NCBI GenBank assembly: GCA_964416075.1
Contig: CAYQDH010000002.1
Span: 1-50,026, forward strand
From: an uncultured Anaerolineales bacterium
Lineage (GTDB): Bacteria > Chloroflexota > Anaerolineae > UBA1429
DNA: 50,026 bases
Direction of reading: 5' to 3'
The position numbers and the translations under genes are program-made. Under the pieces are notes generated by a model, which saw nothing but the letters and a program-made list of their open reading frames with translations, searched no databases and was not told where the DNA came from. Shown piece after piece: positions 9,119 to 18,509 of this stretch; within the stretch, counting starts at the first letter, position 1, and each line of letters opens with the position of its first letter.

Positions 9119-10972
9119 ATGCAAGGCTATACTGGGAAAATGTTGGTCGTCGATCTGGGGCTGAGAACATTCGAGTCGCGGGCCATCCCAGAAGCATGGC
9201 TCAAGGATTTCCTGGGTGGTGAGGGAGTGGCGATGCGCCTCTTCTACGAACTGGTGCACCCCGACGCCGATCCCTTGGACGCCGTTCAGCCGATGATCTT
9301 TGCTACCGGGCCGCTCACGGGGACGGCAGCGCCATGCAGCGGGCGCTGCTGCGTCGTCTTTTACTCCCCCGCGACCGGCACACTCGGCGCGGCCAATGCT
9401 GGTGGGCACTTTGCCCCAGCGCTCAAGAGGGCAGGTTGGGACCTCTTGGTCCTACTCGGCCAAGCCGATAAGCCCGTCTACCTGTATGTTAACGATGATA
9501 AGGTAGAGTTCCGTGACGCAGCGCGGCTGTGGGGCCAGGGGGTGGCCGAAGCCGAAGATGCCATCGTGGCGGAGCTGGACGTAAAGGGGCTGCAGGTGGC
9601 TTCTATCGGCCCGGCCGGTGAAAAGGGCGTCAAGTTCGCCTCCATCATGACCGACAAACACCGTGCCTTTGGACGCGGTGGACCCGGCGCAGCGATGGGC
9701 AGCAAGCTGCTGAAGGCGGTCGCTGTCAAGGGCACGTTGCCCCTGCCGACTGCGGATCCTAAGGCGCTCCGTGAAGCGGCGACCCATGCCCGTGAAGAGC
9801 TCTTTGCCGAGGCCTTTGTCCGCGATGAGTTGCACCCCTTTGGCACCCCTTCCTTCTACGATTCTATCAACACCCTCGGTATCCTGCCTACCAAGAATTG
9901 GCAAAGGACCGAGTTCCCCCAATCGGTCGGTAAGTTGACCTACCACGACTACCACGAGACGCTACAGGTCAAGCCCTATGCCTGCTTTGGCTGCCCTATC
10001 GCCTGCGGGCGGTCCACCACCATTATCGAGGGCAAGTATGCGGGAATGCATGGGGGTGGGCCGGAGTATGAGACCTTGGCCGCTTTTGGCAGCAAGTGCC
10101 TGGTCACCGACATCAACGCTATAGCTGCTGCCAACCACACGGCAAACAACCTGGGGCTGGACGTAATCTCTTCGGGACAGGTGATTGCCACTGCTATGGA
10201 GTGGTACGAACAGGGGATCTTGACCAAGGACCTCACCGGCGGCCTGGAGCTCACTTGGGGCAACGGAGACGCCGTGGTCGAAGCCGTCAAGCTGATCGGC
10301 AAGCGCGAAGGAGTCGGCGATCTACTGGCGCTGGGCGTCAAGAGGGCCGCGGAGAAACTGGGGCCCGCTGCCGGCTATGCGGCCATGCATGTCAAAGGGC
10401 TGGAAATGGCGGCCGATGGGGTGCGGGCCAGTAAGGGCGAAGCCGTCGTGCACGCCACTTCGGCCCGCGGCGCCGACCACTTGCGGCCCTACGCCTCCAC
10501 CATCGATGCCTTTGGCTATCGTGAACCCCAATTGGGCATCGTCCAAGACGTCGACTACCTGGAGGATGGCCACAAGTCGTGGGTCAAGCCGCTCCAGGAA
10601 CTGAGCATGGCTACCAACATGTTGGGCGTGTGCCTCTTTGCCTCGATCACCCTGGCCATCAAGCCCGCCACCTGGGCCCGGTTGGCCTCGGCGGCCGTCG
10701 GCTATCCCATCTCCCAGGGCGATCTGCTCCTCGCCGCCGAGCGGGTGATCAATCTGGAGCGCATGGTCAACGCGCGCCTTGGATTTGATCGCAAGGATGA
10801 CACCTTGCCCCGGCGCTTCCTGGAGGAACGGGCTCCCGACGGGCGCGGCGAGGGCGAGGTCGTCGACCTGGCAGTAGCACTGGATAGCTACTATGAGTCC
10901 ATGGGTTGGGACCCAAAGACTGGACTCCCCACACGTGAGAAGTTGGCCAGCCTGGGCCTGGATTGGCTCTAG
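9119..10972 (+). CDS. aor: Aldehyde:ferredoxin oxidoreductase family (tungsto-/molybdopterin enzyme)
   Basis: MQGYTGKMLVVDLGLRTFESRAIP...FLGGEGVAMRL is a typical AOR N-terminal domain. It has a 4Fe-4S motif ACFGCPIACGR and long AOR domains 2/3. ATG 9119 is preceded by GAGGAGG. The track ORF starts at 8984, inside the leader. Confidence 0.9.
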   Translation: MQGYTGKMLVVDLGLRTFESRAIPEAWLKDFLGGEGVAMRLFYELVHPDADPLDAVQPMIFATGPLTGTAAPCSGRCCVVFYSPATGTLGAANAGGHFAPALKRAGWDLLVLLGQADKPVYLYVNDDKVEFRDAARLWGQGVAEAEDAIVAELDVKGLQVASIGPAGEKGVKFASIMTDKHRAFGRGGPGAAMGSKLLKAVAVKGTLPLPTADPKALREAATHAREELFAEAFVRDELHPFGTPSFYDSINTLGILPTKNWQRTEFPQSVGKLTYHDYHETLQVKPYACFGCPIACGRSTTIIEGKYAGMHGGGPEYETLAAFGSKCLVTDINAIAAANHTANNLGLDVISSGQVIATAMEWYEQGILTKDLTGGLELTWGNGDAVVEAVKLIGKREGVGDLLALGVKRAAEKLGPAAGYAAMHVKGLEMAADGVRASKGEAVVHATSARGADHLRPYASTIDAFGYREPQLGIVQDVDYLEDGHKSWVKPLQELSMATNMLGVCLFASITLAIKPATWARLASAAVGYPISQGDLLLAAERVINLERMVNARLGFDRKDDTLPRRFLEERAPDGRGEGEVVDLAVALDSYYESMGWDPKTGLPTREKLASLGLDWL

Positions 10973-10979
10973 ATAACCA

Positions 10980-11016
10980 GGGGGTTCCGCGAGCCGGCAG
11001 CGCTCGCGGAACCCCC
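10980..11016 (+). terminator. GC-rich hairpin after aor (possible terminator, no U-tract)
   Basis: GGGGGTTCCGCGAGC (10980-10994) pairs with GCTCGCGGAACCCCC (11002-11016), a 15-bp perfect stem 8 nt after the stop codon. Confidence 0.4.
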
Positions 11017-11146
11017 GCCCACACTCTATCTTGCGGCTGCATCGACTTGGACACAGCCCTGCTCCGCGCCCAGGTTTTTATGTTGCTCGCCCTCTCGATG
11101 GTATACTGTAAGTTGCTACAGGATATTCCAGTCATGAGGGGATAAC

Positions 11147-12475
11147 ATGAATACCCCCTGGAGCAGACCTACTAAATATATCGTCGGCGTTAGCTTGGCG
11201 CTCCTGGGGATCGCCCTCCTGTACCTGATTCGCTTAGTCATCCCCATGCTGATCATCGCCGCCCTCATCGCCGTGATCGTGCGGCCGATCGTCTTGTGGC
11301 TGCAACAGCGGGTGCGCCTGCCGCGCGGCTTGGCGGTGATGGTGGTCTACCTGGGCCTGGCCATCCTGGTCCCGCTGGCGCTCCTGTTCATCATCCCGGC
11401 CATTATCGATGCGCTGCGCTTTGTTCTCAACCTCGACTATCAAAGCATTCTCCAGGGCGGCCTGGACTGGCTAAGGTCATGGCTGGCCTCGGTCAAGGCC
11501 GCACAGCTACCGATGGCCGCCCTAGACGCCTGGATCGACCAGACTGTGGATGTGCTGCTCACAAACCTCCAGCAAGTAGAGCCCGCCGTGGCGCCGGCGT
11601 TGCCGTCGCTTGCCACGATCCTCCGCTCACTACGCTCGGTGGTGACGACAACGTTTGGTGTCGCCGCTGACCTGGTGGGGGCGGTGGTGTCCCAGGTCGC
11701 CCTGGTGATCTTTACCTTTCTGGCGTCGATCTATATGAGCCTGAGCGCGCATACCTACCGGGGCGCATTCCTACGCCTGGTCCCGGCTGCCTATCGGCCC
11801 GAGTTCGATGCGTTGCTGGGCCGAATCGAACACCTGTGGGGCGCCTTTTTCCGCGGGCAGTTGACCCTGATGCTCGTGATCGGGCTGGTCAGCGGCTTGG
11901 GATTGGCGGTGCTCGGCGTGCCCGGCGCGCTATACTTGGGGATCATCGCCGGCTTGCTCGAGCTGATCCCAAACCTGGGGCCGCTCATCGCCACCATCCC
12001 GGCGGTCATTGTGGCCTTGTTGCAGGGGTCGAGTTACCTCCCCTTCAGCCCTCTCTTTCTCGCCGTTGTGGTGCTTCTCTTTTACGTGTTATTGCAGCAG
12101 GTGGAGAACAACCTGATCGTCCCTCGCGTGCTGGGGGAAGCCGTCGAGCTTTCGCCGCTGGTCGTCATGATCGGCGTGCTGGTCGGCGCGTCGACAGCCG
12201 GAATCTTGGGCGCTCTGCTGGCCACCCCGGTCATCGCTACCGCTCGCGAAATAGTGCGCTATCTATATCGCAAGATGCTGGGCGAGGCCCCCTTCCCACC
12301 AGAGGATGTGTCAGCAGAGCCTGCGGCGCCCAGCTCGATAGGTTGGTATCAGAGGTTGCGCACGTGGGTTCAGCGGCTGGTCCAGTCTCGCCCACTCGCC
12401 TCTCTCCGCCACGTGTCGGATGTCCGCTCCACCCCGAACAACGAACCGGACATGAAAGACGATCCGCAGCGCTAG
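11147..12475 (+). CDS. AI-2E family transporter (PerM/UPF0118-type permease)
   Basis: 442 aa and polytopic. Typical AI-2E features: LIPNLGPLIATIPAVIVAL and NNLIVPRVLGEAVELSPLVVMIGVL. Confidence 0.85.
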   Translation: MNTPWSRPTKYIVGVSLALLGIALLYLIRLVIPMLIIAALIAVIVRPIVLWLQQRVRLPRGLAVMVVYLGLAILVPLALLFIIPAIIDALRFVLNLDYQSILQGGLDWLRSWLASVKAAQLPMAALDAWIDQTVDVLLTNLQQVEPAVAPALPSLATILRSLRSVVTTTFGVAADLVGAVVSQVALVIFTFLASIYMSLSAHTYRGAFLRLVPAAYRPEFDALLGRIEHLWGAFFRGQLTLMLVIGLVSGLGLAVLGVPGALYLGIIAGLLELIPNLGPLIATIPAVIVALLQGSSYLPFSPLFLAVVVLLFYVLLQQVENNLIVPRVLGEAVELSPLVVMIGVLVGASTAGILGALLATPVIATAREIVRYLYRKMLGEAPFPPEDVSAEPAAPSSIGWYQRLRTWVQRLVQSRPLASLRHVSDVRSTPNNEPDMKDDPQR

Positions 12476-12590
12476 ACGGTCATCGTTCGATCAGCGCGTG
12501 AACGCCTTGGTTGGACTGCGCTCCCCCGCACGTTCCGCTTGACTTGTGCCTTTTTGCCTTATACAGTGACGCTACATAAGGAGGTGCGTC

Positions 12591-15500
12591 ATGATACCGG
12601 AGCATGGCTCTCTTTCCCCTAGGACCGATCGGCATGCCGGGACGCAGGGAGGGGAAGCGGAGGCACTCCGTCGGGAGCGTGACCTGCTCTCGGCCGTGCT
12701 CGACACCGCTGGTTCGCTCGTGGTGCTCCTCGACCGCGAGGGTCGTATCGTCCGCTTCAACCGTGCCTGCGAGACGACGAGTGGATTCTCCTTCGCAGAA
12801 GCAAGAGGCCAGGCTCTCTGGGATCTATTCCTTGCCCCGGAAGAGGTCGATCCGGTCCGGGCGGTCTTTGAGCAGCTTCGAGCGGGCCAATTCCCCAACG
12901 AATACGAAAACCACTGGATAACTAAGGATGGGCAGCGCCGTCTGATCGCCTGGTCCAACACGGCCCTCCTGAGCCCCGACGGAGCGGTCGAATACATCGT
13001 TGGCACGGGCATCGACATCACCGACCGCCGGCAGGCTGAGGAGTTGCTACGCCAAGCCCGTGAAGCGCTTGAATCTCGCGTGGCTGAGCGGACCGCTGAA
13101 TTGCAGAGAGCGAGCGAGTTACTCGCCGCCCTGCACGAGACCGCCCTGGGTATACTAGGCCGCCTCGACCTGAACGAGTTACTGGAGGCTATCGTCACGC
13201 GCACGGCGAACCAGGTGGGGGGCTATGCGGCGATCTACCTGGTGGATCGTGCCACCGACGAACTCGTCGTCCGGGTCGTCAGCGGCGCCCCCAGCGATTT
13301 TGTCGGTTATCGGCTGAAGCGGGGCGAGGGCATGTGCGGCAAGATATGGCAGTTCGACCGGCCCATGCAGGTAGACCGCTACAACACATGGGACGGCCGC
13401 ACGGCCGTCTACCCCTACTCAAACCCCGACCCGCGGGTCGACCGGTCGATGGGGGTGCCGTTGCATTCCGGCCAAGAGGTCGTGGGGGTGCTGGGGATAT
13501 CACGGTCGAATACATCGCCGCCTTTTCGGCAGGATGAGCTAGATCTCGCCATCCGGCTGGCGCAATTGGCCTCCATCTCCCTGGACAACGCACGGCTATA
13601 TAGCTCGCTCCAACAGGGTTTTGCCCTGCAAAAGCTCGTCGGCCATATCTCTGCTCACTTTATCGACCTCGGCCCTTCGGAGGTCGACGCTGGCATCCAA
13701 TATGCGCTCCAGGCCATTGGCGAGTTCTCGGGCGTGGATCGCAGCTATGTGTTCCAGTTCTCGGGCGATGGCACGATCCTGGACAATACGCACGAGTGGT
13801 GCGCCGAAGGGATCCAACCGTACATAGATTCCCTCAGGGGCCTTTCCCGGGCGGCTTTTCCATGGTTCGTGGGCCAGCTGGAGCAGTTAAAAGTAGTGTC
13901 CGTGCCTCGCGTGGGCGATATGCCCCCGGAAGCGAGCATGGAGCGCGCGGAATGCGAGCGGGAGGCTATCCAGTCCATCATCCTCGTGCCCCTGGCGTAC
14001 CGTGGTATGCTGGTTGGATTCCTGGGCCTCGATTCCGTGCGGGTGGAGAAGCCCTGGACAGAAGACCTCACGACTCTGCTCACCATCGTCGGCGGCCTGA
14101 TCGTCAATGCCCTCGAGCACAAACGAGCGCAGGCCATCCAGGCCGGCCAGCGTCAGTTCTTGGAGCTGCTGGCCACCGGTGGGAGTTTTTCCGAGACGCT
14201 TCATACTCTGGTGCGCCTCATCGAAGATCAATGGCCGGGCATGCTCGGGCTCATCCTGCTCCTGGATGAGGATGGCAAGCACCTGCACATCGGCGCTTCG
14301 GTGAGCCTGCCGCAAGACTATGTCCGGTCCATCGAAGGGCTGGAGATCGGGCCCATGGTGGGGTCGTGTGGCACGGCCTGCTACCGCCGCGAGCGGGTGA
14401 TTGTGGAAGACACGGCCACCGACCCGCGCTGGGAAGGCCTGCGCGACCTGGCGCTCCGCTATAGCCTGCGCGCCTGCTGGTCGGAGCCGGTATTCTCCCC
14501 CAGCGGCCAGGTGGTGGGCACCTTTGCCATGTATTACCGCCAGCCCCGTGCGCCAAGCGAGACGGAGTTGCGCACCATCGAGATGGGTGCTCACCTGGTG
14601 GGGGTAGCTATTGAGCATGATCGGGCTGAGAGGGCACTGCGACAAAGTGAGGAAAGGTTCCGCAGTATCGTCGAACATGCCAATGTCGGAATAGCTATCG
14701 TTCAAGAGGCCCGCTTCCGGTTCATGAATCCTCACTACGCCGCCATGCTGGGCTACACCGTGGAGGAGATGCTCGGCACAGAGTTCATGGGGTACTGTAC
14801 GCCGGAAGAACGCGATCGCATCGTGGACTTTGATACGCGGCGGACCAGGGGCGAGCCCGTTCCCACGCGCTATGAGACATCCCTGGTGCACAAGAATGGT
14901 GGGTACGTCTATGCGGACGTGAGTGCCGGCCTTATTCCCTACGGCGGCCAAAAGGCCACCTTCGTCTTCCTGCGCGATATCACCGAGGAGCGGCGCACCC
15001 AGCAGGCCCTCCAGGAGGCCTACCGGACCTTGGAACTGCGCGTGGAGGAGCGCACGGGGGAATTGGCCGCGCTCAATGCGATTTCCGCTGTGGTCAGCCG
15101 CTCCCTCGATCTCCAAGAGATCATGAGCAGCGCCTTGGACAAGACTCTGGACGTCATGGGTCTCAGCGTGGGCGCGGTCTACCGCCTACAGGCAGAGCAT
15201 GGAGAACAGCCACCCAAGCCGCTGCTGCGCCTCATGGCGCAGCGGGGCTTGACCGAGGAGTTGGCGCGTCTTGTCGATCCCCTGCCGCTCTACGGGACCT
15301 TTGTCGAGAGCGCTGCCGTCCTTCAGCGGCCGGTCGTCTGGATGGTGGCCGACTATCCACAGGCGACCCTGATGCAGTACATGGAGAGGGTTGGCGTGCA
15401 CACAGCAGTCAGCGCGCCGCTCCTATCCAAAGAGACGATGGTGGGCGCGATGGTCGTGGGGTCCCCCAGCCAGCGCCTCTTCAGCGCGGAAGAGCTGTCG

Positions 15501-16742
15501 CTATTGTCGGCCATTGGCCAACAGATTGGCGTGGCTGTGGAGAATGCGCGCCTGTACGAGGCAGAACAGGCCCGTCGCCAAGAGGCCGAGCGGCGGCGGC
15601 AGGTAGCCGAAGGGCTGCGCGAAATCCTGGCCACTCTGAACTCAAGCCGCCCCTTGGGAGAGATCCTGAACTACATCGCGTCTCAGGCAAGTCATCTTCT
15701 CGGGAGCGATGCCACAGCCCTCTGCCGCTTGGACAGACAGACCCAGTTCCTGACCATCCAGGCTTCATATGGGCTGAGCTCCGAGTTCACGGAGCATATG
15801 GCCTTCCAAGTGGGCCGAGTGAGCATTATCGGCGAGGCTGTTCTCACGCGCAGGCCCACAACCACGTCGAACCTCGCCGAGCGGCTGTCTCGCGTAGATG
15901 TGGCACCAGAATTGAGAGAGTTGGTGGGGCGTTTTGCGGCACTGTACCAGACGGTGCTCGCCGTTCCCATGCTCATCAAAGACGAGACCTATGGAGCTCT
16001 TGCTCTTTACTACCGGTCTGCGCGCCAGTTCACAGAGGAAGAAGTCAACCTGGCGGTCACCTTTGCCGATCAGGCGGCCTTGGCGGTGGAGAACGCCCGG
16101 CTGCGCGGGCAGGCCGAGGAGGCAGCGGCTATGGAGGAGCGGGGCCGCCTGGCCCGCGAGCTGCACGATTCGGTGACCCAATCGCTCTACAGCGTGACCA
16201 TGTATGCAGAAGCCGCCGCCAGGCTCATGACGCCCGGGCACGAGGCTGCCGCCCAGCACTTGCGCGATGCACGGGACACGGCCCAGGAGGCGCTGCGCGA
16301 GATGCGGTTGATGATCTACCAACTTCGCCCGCCGGTGCTGGAGAAAGGCGGTCTGGCCGTCGCTCTCCAGGTGCGCCTGGACGCCGTGGAGCGGCGCGGC
16401 GGCATCCGCGCCGAGTTGTTAGTTGATGGCGAGGACCGGCTGCCGCCTGCCATTCAGGTGGAGCTCCACCAGATCGCCCAGGAGGCGCTTAACAATGCCC
16501 TCAAACACGCTCACGCCCACCAGGTTCAGGTGCGCTTGCGTTTTGGCCAGGCCCAAACCCGCCTGGAGGTCCAGGACGATGGCCTCGGGTTTGACCTTGC
16601 CGCTGCGCAGGCGGGAGGCGGGCTTGGCATCGCTGGGATGATGGAGCGCGCCCAGAAGATCGGTGGGCGACTCGAAATCGAGAGCGCCCCCGGCCGAGGG
16701 ACGCAAGTGTCTGTTGAGGTGCCTACCGGAGGTGGAAGATGA
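12591..16742 (+). CDS. Large soluble multi-PAS/multi-GAF sensor histidine kinase (HisKA_3 + HATPase_c)
   Basis: 1383 aa with no TM segments. It has a PAS-like N-terminus, repeated GAF-like blocks, a second PAS, further GAFs, the H-box LARELHDSVTQSLYS (NarX/DegS-type) and a C-terminal ATPase region (ALNNALKHA, DDGLGF, GGLGIAGM). RBS AAGGAGG precedes ATG 12591. Confidence 0.9.
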   Translation: MIPEHGSLSPRTDRHAGTQGGEAEALRRERDLLSAVLDTAGSLVVLLDREGRIVRFNRACETTSGFSFAEARGQALWDLFLAPEEVDPVRAVFEQLRAGQFPNEYENHWITKDGQRRLIAWSNTALLSPDGAVEYIVGTGIDITDRRQAEELLRQAREALESRVAERTAELQRASELLAALHETALGILGRLDLNELLEAIVTRTANQVGGYAAIYLVDRATDELVVRVVSGAPSDFVGYRLKRGEGMCGKIWQFDRPMQVDRYNTWDGRTAVYPYSNPDPRVDRSMGVPLHSGQEVVGVLGISRSNTSPPFRQDELDLAIRLAQLASISLDNARLYSSLQQGFALQKLVGHISAHFIDLGPSEVDAGIQYALQAIGEFSGVDRSYVFQFSGDGTILDNTHEWCAEGIQPYIDSLRGLSRAAFPWFVGQLEQLKVVSVPRVGDMPPEASMERAECEREAIQSIILVPLAYRGMLVGFLGLDSVRVEKPWTEDLTTLLTIVGGLIVNALEHKRAQAIQAGQRQFLELLATGGSFSETLHTLVRLIEDQWPGMLGLILLLDEDGKHLHIGASVSLPQDYVRSIEGLEIGPMVGSCGTACYRRERVIVEDTATDPRWEGLRDLALRYSLRACWSEPVFSPSGQVVGTFAMYYRQPRAPSETELRTIEMGAHLVGVAIEHDRAERALRQSEERFRSIVEHANVGIAIVQEARFRFMNPHYAAMLGYTVEEMLGTEFMGYCTPEERDRIVDFDTRRTRGEPVPTRYETSLVHKNGGYVYADVSAGLIPYGGQKATFVFLRDITEERRTQQALQEAYRTLELRVEERTGELAALNAISAVVSRSLDLQEIMSSALDKTLDVMGLSVGAVYRLQAEHGEQPPKPLLRLMAQRGLTEELARLVDPLPLYGTFVESAAVLQRPVVWMVADYPQATLMQYMERVGVHTAVSAPLLSKETMVGAMVVGSPSQRLFSAEELSLLSAIGQQIGVAVENARLYEAEQARRQEAERRRQVAEGLREILATLNSSRPLGEILNYIASQASHLLGSDATALCRLDRQTQFLTIQASYGLSSEFTEHMAFQVGRVSIIGEAVLTRRPTTTSNLAERLSRVDVAPELRELVGRFAALYQTVLAVPMLIKDETYGALALYYRSARQFTEEEVNLAVTFADQAALAVENARLRGQAEEAAAMEERGRLARELHDSVTQSLYSVTMYAEAAARLMTPGHEAAAQHLRDARDTAQEALREMRLMIYQLRPPVLEKGGLAVALQVRLDAVERRGGIRAELLVDGEDRLPPAIQVELHQIAQEALNNALKHAHAHQVQVRLRFGQAQTRLEVQDDGLGFDLAAAQAGGGLGIAGMMERAQKIGGRLEIESAPGRGTQVSVEVPTGGGR

Positions 16743-17414
16743 CATCATCCATTCGTGTCCTTATCGCTGACGACCACGCCATCCTGCGCAAGGGTATCCG
16801 CGCCCTGCTGAGCACGGAACCCGATATGCAGGTGGTGGGTGAGTCCTCCGACGGCTTGCAGACCGTGGCCCAGGCCCGCGCCTTGCGCCCCGACGTCATC
16901 CTCATGGACCTGGTGATGCCCAATATGGATGGCATCGAAGCGACGCGCCGGATCACCGCCGAGCAGCCCGGTGTGCGTATTCTGGTCCTGACCAGCTTTG
17001 CCGCCGACGACAAGGTCTTCCCAGCTATCAAGGCTGGGGCGTTGGGCTATATCCTCAAGGACTCGGGCCCGGCCGAGCTGGTGCAGGCCATTCACCAGGT
17101 TCGTCAGGGCCAGCCGTCGTTGGAGCCTGCTATCGCCCTCAAGATGCTGCACGAGCTCTCCCATCCCCCCCAGCAGCCCCCCACCTACTCCCGATCCGCT
17201 CAGCGCGCGCGAGCTGGAGGTGTTGCGCTTGCTGGCCCAGGGGAAAAGCAACCGCGAGATCGCCGACCAGTTGGTCATCACCGAGTTGACGGTGCGCACT
17301 CACGTGAGCAACGTCCTGGGCAAGCTGCACCTGGCCAGCCGTACCCAAGCCGCGCTCTATGCCCTCAAGGAGGGGCTGGCCTCTCTCGATGATATACCGA
17401 CGGACACGGGATAG
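16739..17414 (+). pseudogene. NarL/LuxR-family response regulator split by a +1 frame change (pseudogene or assembly error)
   Basis: The REC domain (MTSSIRVLIADDHAILRKG...DLVMPNMDG) is in the frame of ORF 16739..17392. The LuxR HTH (LSARELEVLRLLAQGKSNREIADQLVITELTVRTHVSNVLGKL) is in the frame of ORF 16998..17414. The switch must lie near the C7 (17165-17171) and C6 (17177-17182) runs. The start overlaps the kinase stop as ATGA. Confidence 0.75.
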
Positions 17415-17465
17415 AGCACCCCTACCACAAATGTAGCATCTTCCCGATACTCCTGCTGTGGGATA

Positions 17466-17492
17466 GGACCGCCTTGTCGGCGGTCCTTTTTT
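17466..17492 (+). terminator. Intrinsic terminator after the two-component operon
   Basis: GGACCGCC, loop ttgtc, GGCGGTCC, then TTTTTT. Confidence 0.7.
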
Positions 17493-17655
17493 GCTATCCC
17501 TCAACTAGCCATTCGGGTGATGGAACTTGGTCTGTAGCGTGATATCCTTGTGCACAGAGGGCGGCAGTCATGATTACCTTGGCTCGGGCGGACAGGTCCC
17601 ATTTGTAGGACAAGCCTATACTAGGTACACCAAGGCACGATATGGAGGTCAGCAC

Positions 17656-18438
17656 ATGAAGCGAGTCACCGTATTCGTCGGAACGGCCACCAAGCGGCAC
17701 ACCTACCGCGCCGTCGAGCAGTTCCTGAGCGTTCTCCGGTCACTGGGTGACGTGGAGACCGAGATCGTGCGCCTGAGCGACTATCACATCGAGGTGTGCA
17801 AAGGTTGCAGGGTATGCCTGGACAGGGGCGAGGAGCTTTGTCGCCTGGTGGATGACCGGGACCTACTCATCGAAAAGATGATGGCTTCCGACGGCGTCGT
17901 CTTTGCCTCCCCCAACTACTCGTTCCACGTCTCTGGCATGATGAAGCTCTTCCTGGACAGGCTGGCCTTTGTCTTTCACCGGCCGCGCTTTTTCGGCAAG
18001 ACCTTCACCAGCATCGTTGTTCAAGGGATCTATGGCGGCAACAAGATCGTCGGCTATTTCAACTTCATCGCCGGCGCCATGGGCTTTAACACCGTCAAGG
18101 GCACCTGCATCATGACCATGGAGCCGTTGTTGGAAAAACAGCAACAGAAGATCGATAAGCAGCTTGCCGAGTTGAGCAGGCGATTCTACAAAAGATTGGT
18201 GCAGCCGGCTTACCCGGTGCCATCACTGTTTGGGCTCATGGTCTTCAGGATGGGCCGCACGAGCAGGAAGCTGCTGCTCGATGACACGTCGCGAGACTAT
18301 ACATATATGAGGGACAAGGGCTGGTTTGAATCGGACTTTTACTATCCCACCCACGTGGGTCCGCTCAAGGCGGCAGCAGGCAAGCTGTTCGACTGGGCTG
18401 GGACGCGCTTGGCGGCGAGCCGGTTCGGCAATCGGTGA
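17656..18438 (+). CDS. Flavodoxin-like NAD(P)H-dependent FMN reductase / iron-sulfur flavoprotein-like
   Basis: MKRVTVFVGTATKRHTY..., CKGCRVC, VVFASPNYSFHVSGMMKLFLDR. ATG 17656 has GGAGG about 6 nt upstream. The track ORF starts at 17527. Confidence 0.7.
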   Translation: MKRVTVFVGTATKRHTYRAVEQFLSVLRSLGDVETEIVRLSDYHIEVCKGCRVCLDRGEELCRLVDDRDLLIEKMMASDGVVFASPNYSFHVSGMMKLFLDRLAFVFHRPRFFGKTFTSIVVQGIYGGNKIVGYFNFIAGAMGFNTVKGTCIMTMEPLLEKQQQKIDKQLAELSRRFYKRLVQPAYPVPSLFGLMVFRMGRTSRKLLLDDTSRDYTYMRDKGWFESDFYYPTHVGPLKAAAGKLFDWAGTRLAASRFGNR

Positions 18439-18509
18439 TGGGTGGCTCTCGTTCGCTGCCCACCCGGGTTCGGGCCACACAATAGAGCGCAGGGAAGGTG
18501 AAGGCTAGC

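Noticed and set aside
13887-15116. A 409-aa minus-strand ORF inside the large histidine kinase gene. The same applies to 1706..2881(+), 27278..28522(-), 41436..42335(-), 47799..49277(+) and 280..840(+).
   Set aside because: All lie antisense to genes with strong family signatures. They have low-complexity, Arg/Ala/Gly/His-rich translations and no RBS, so they are high-GC shadow ORFs.
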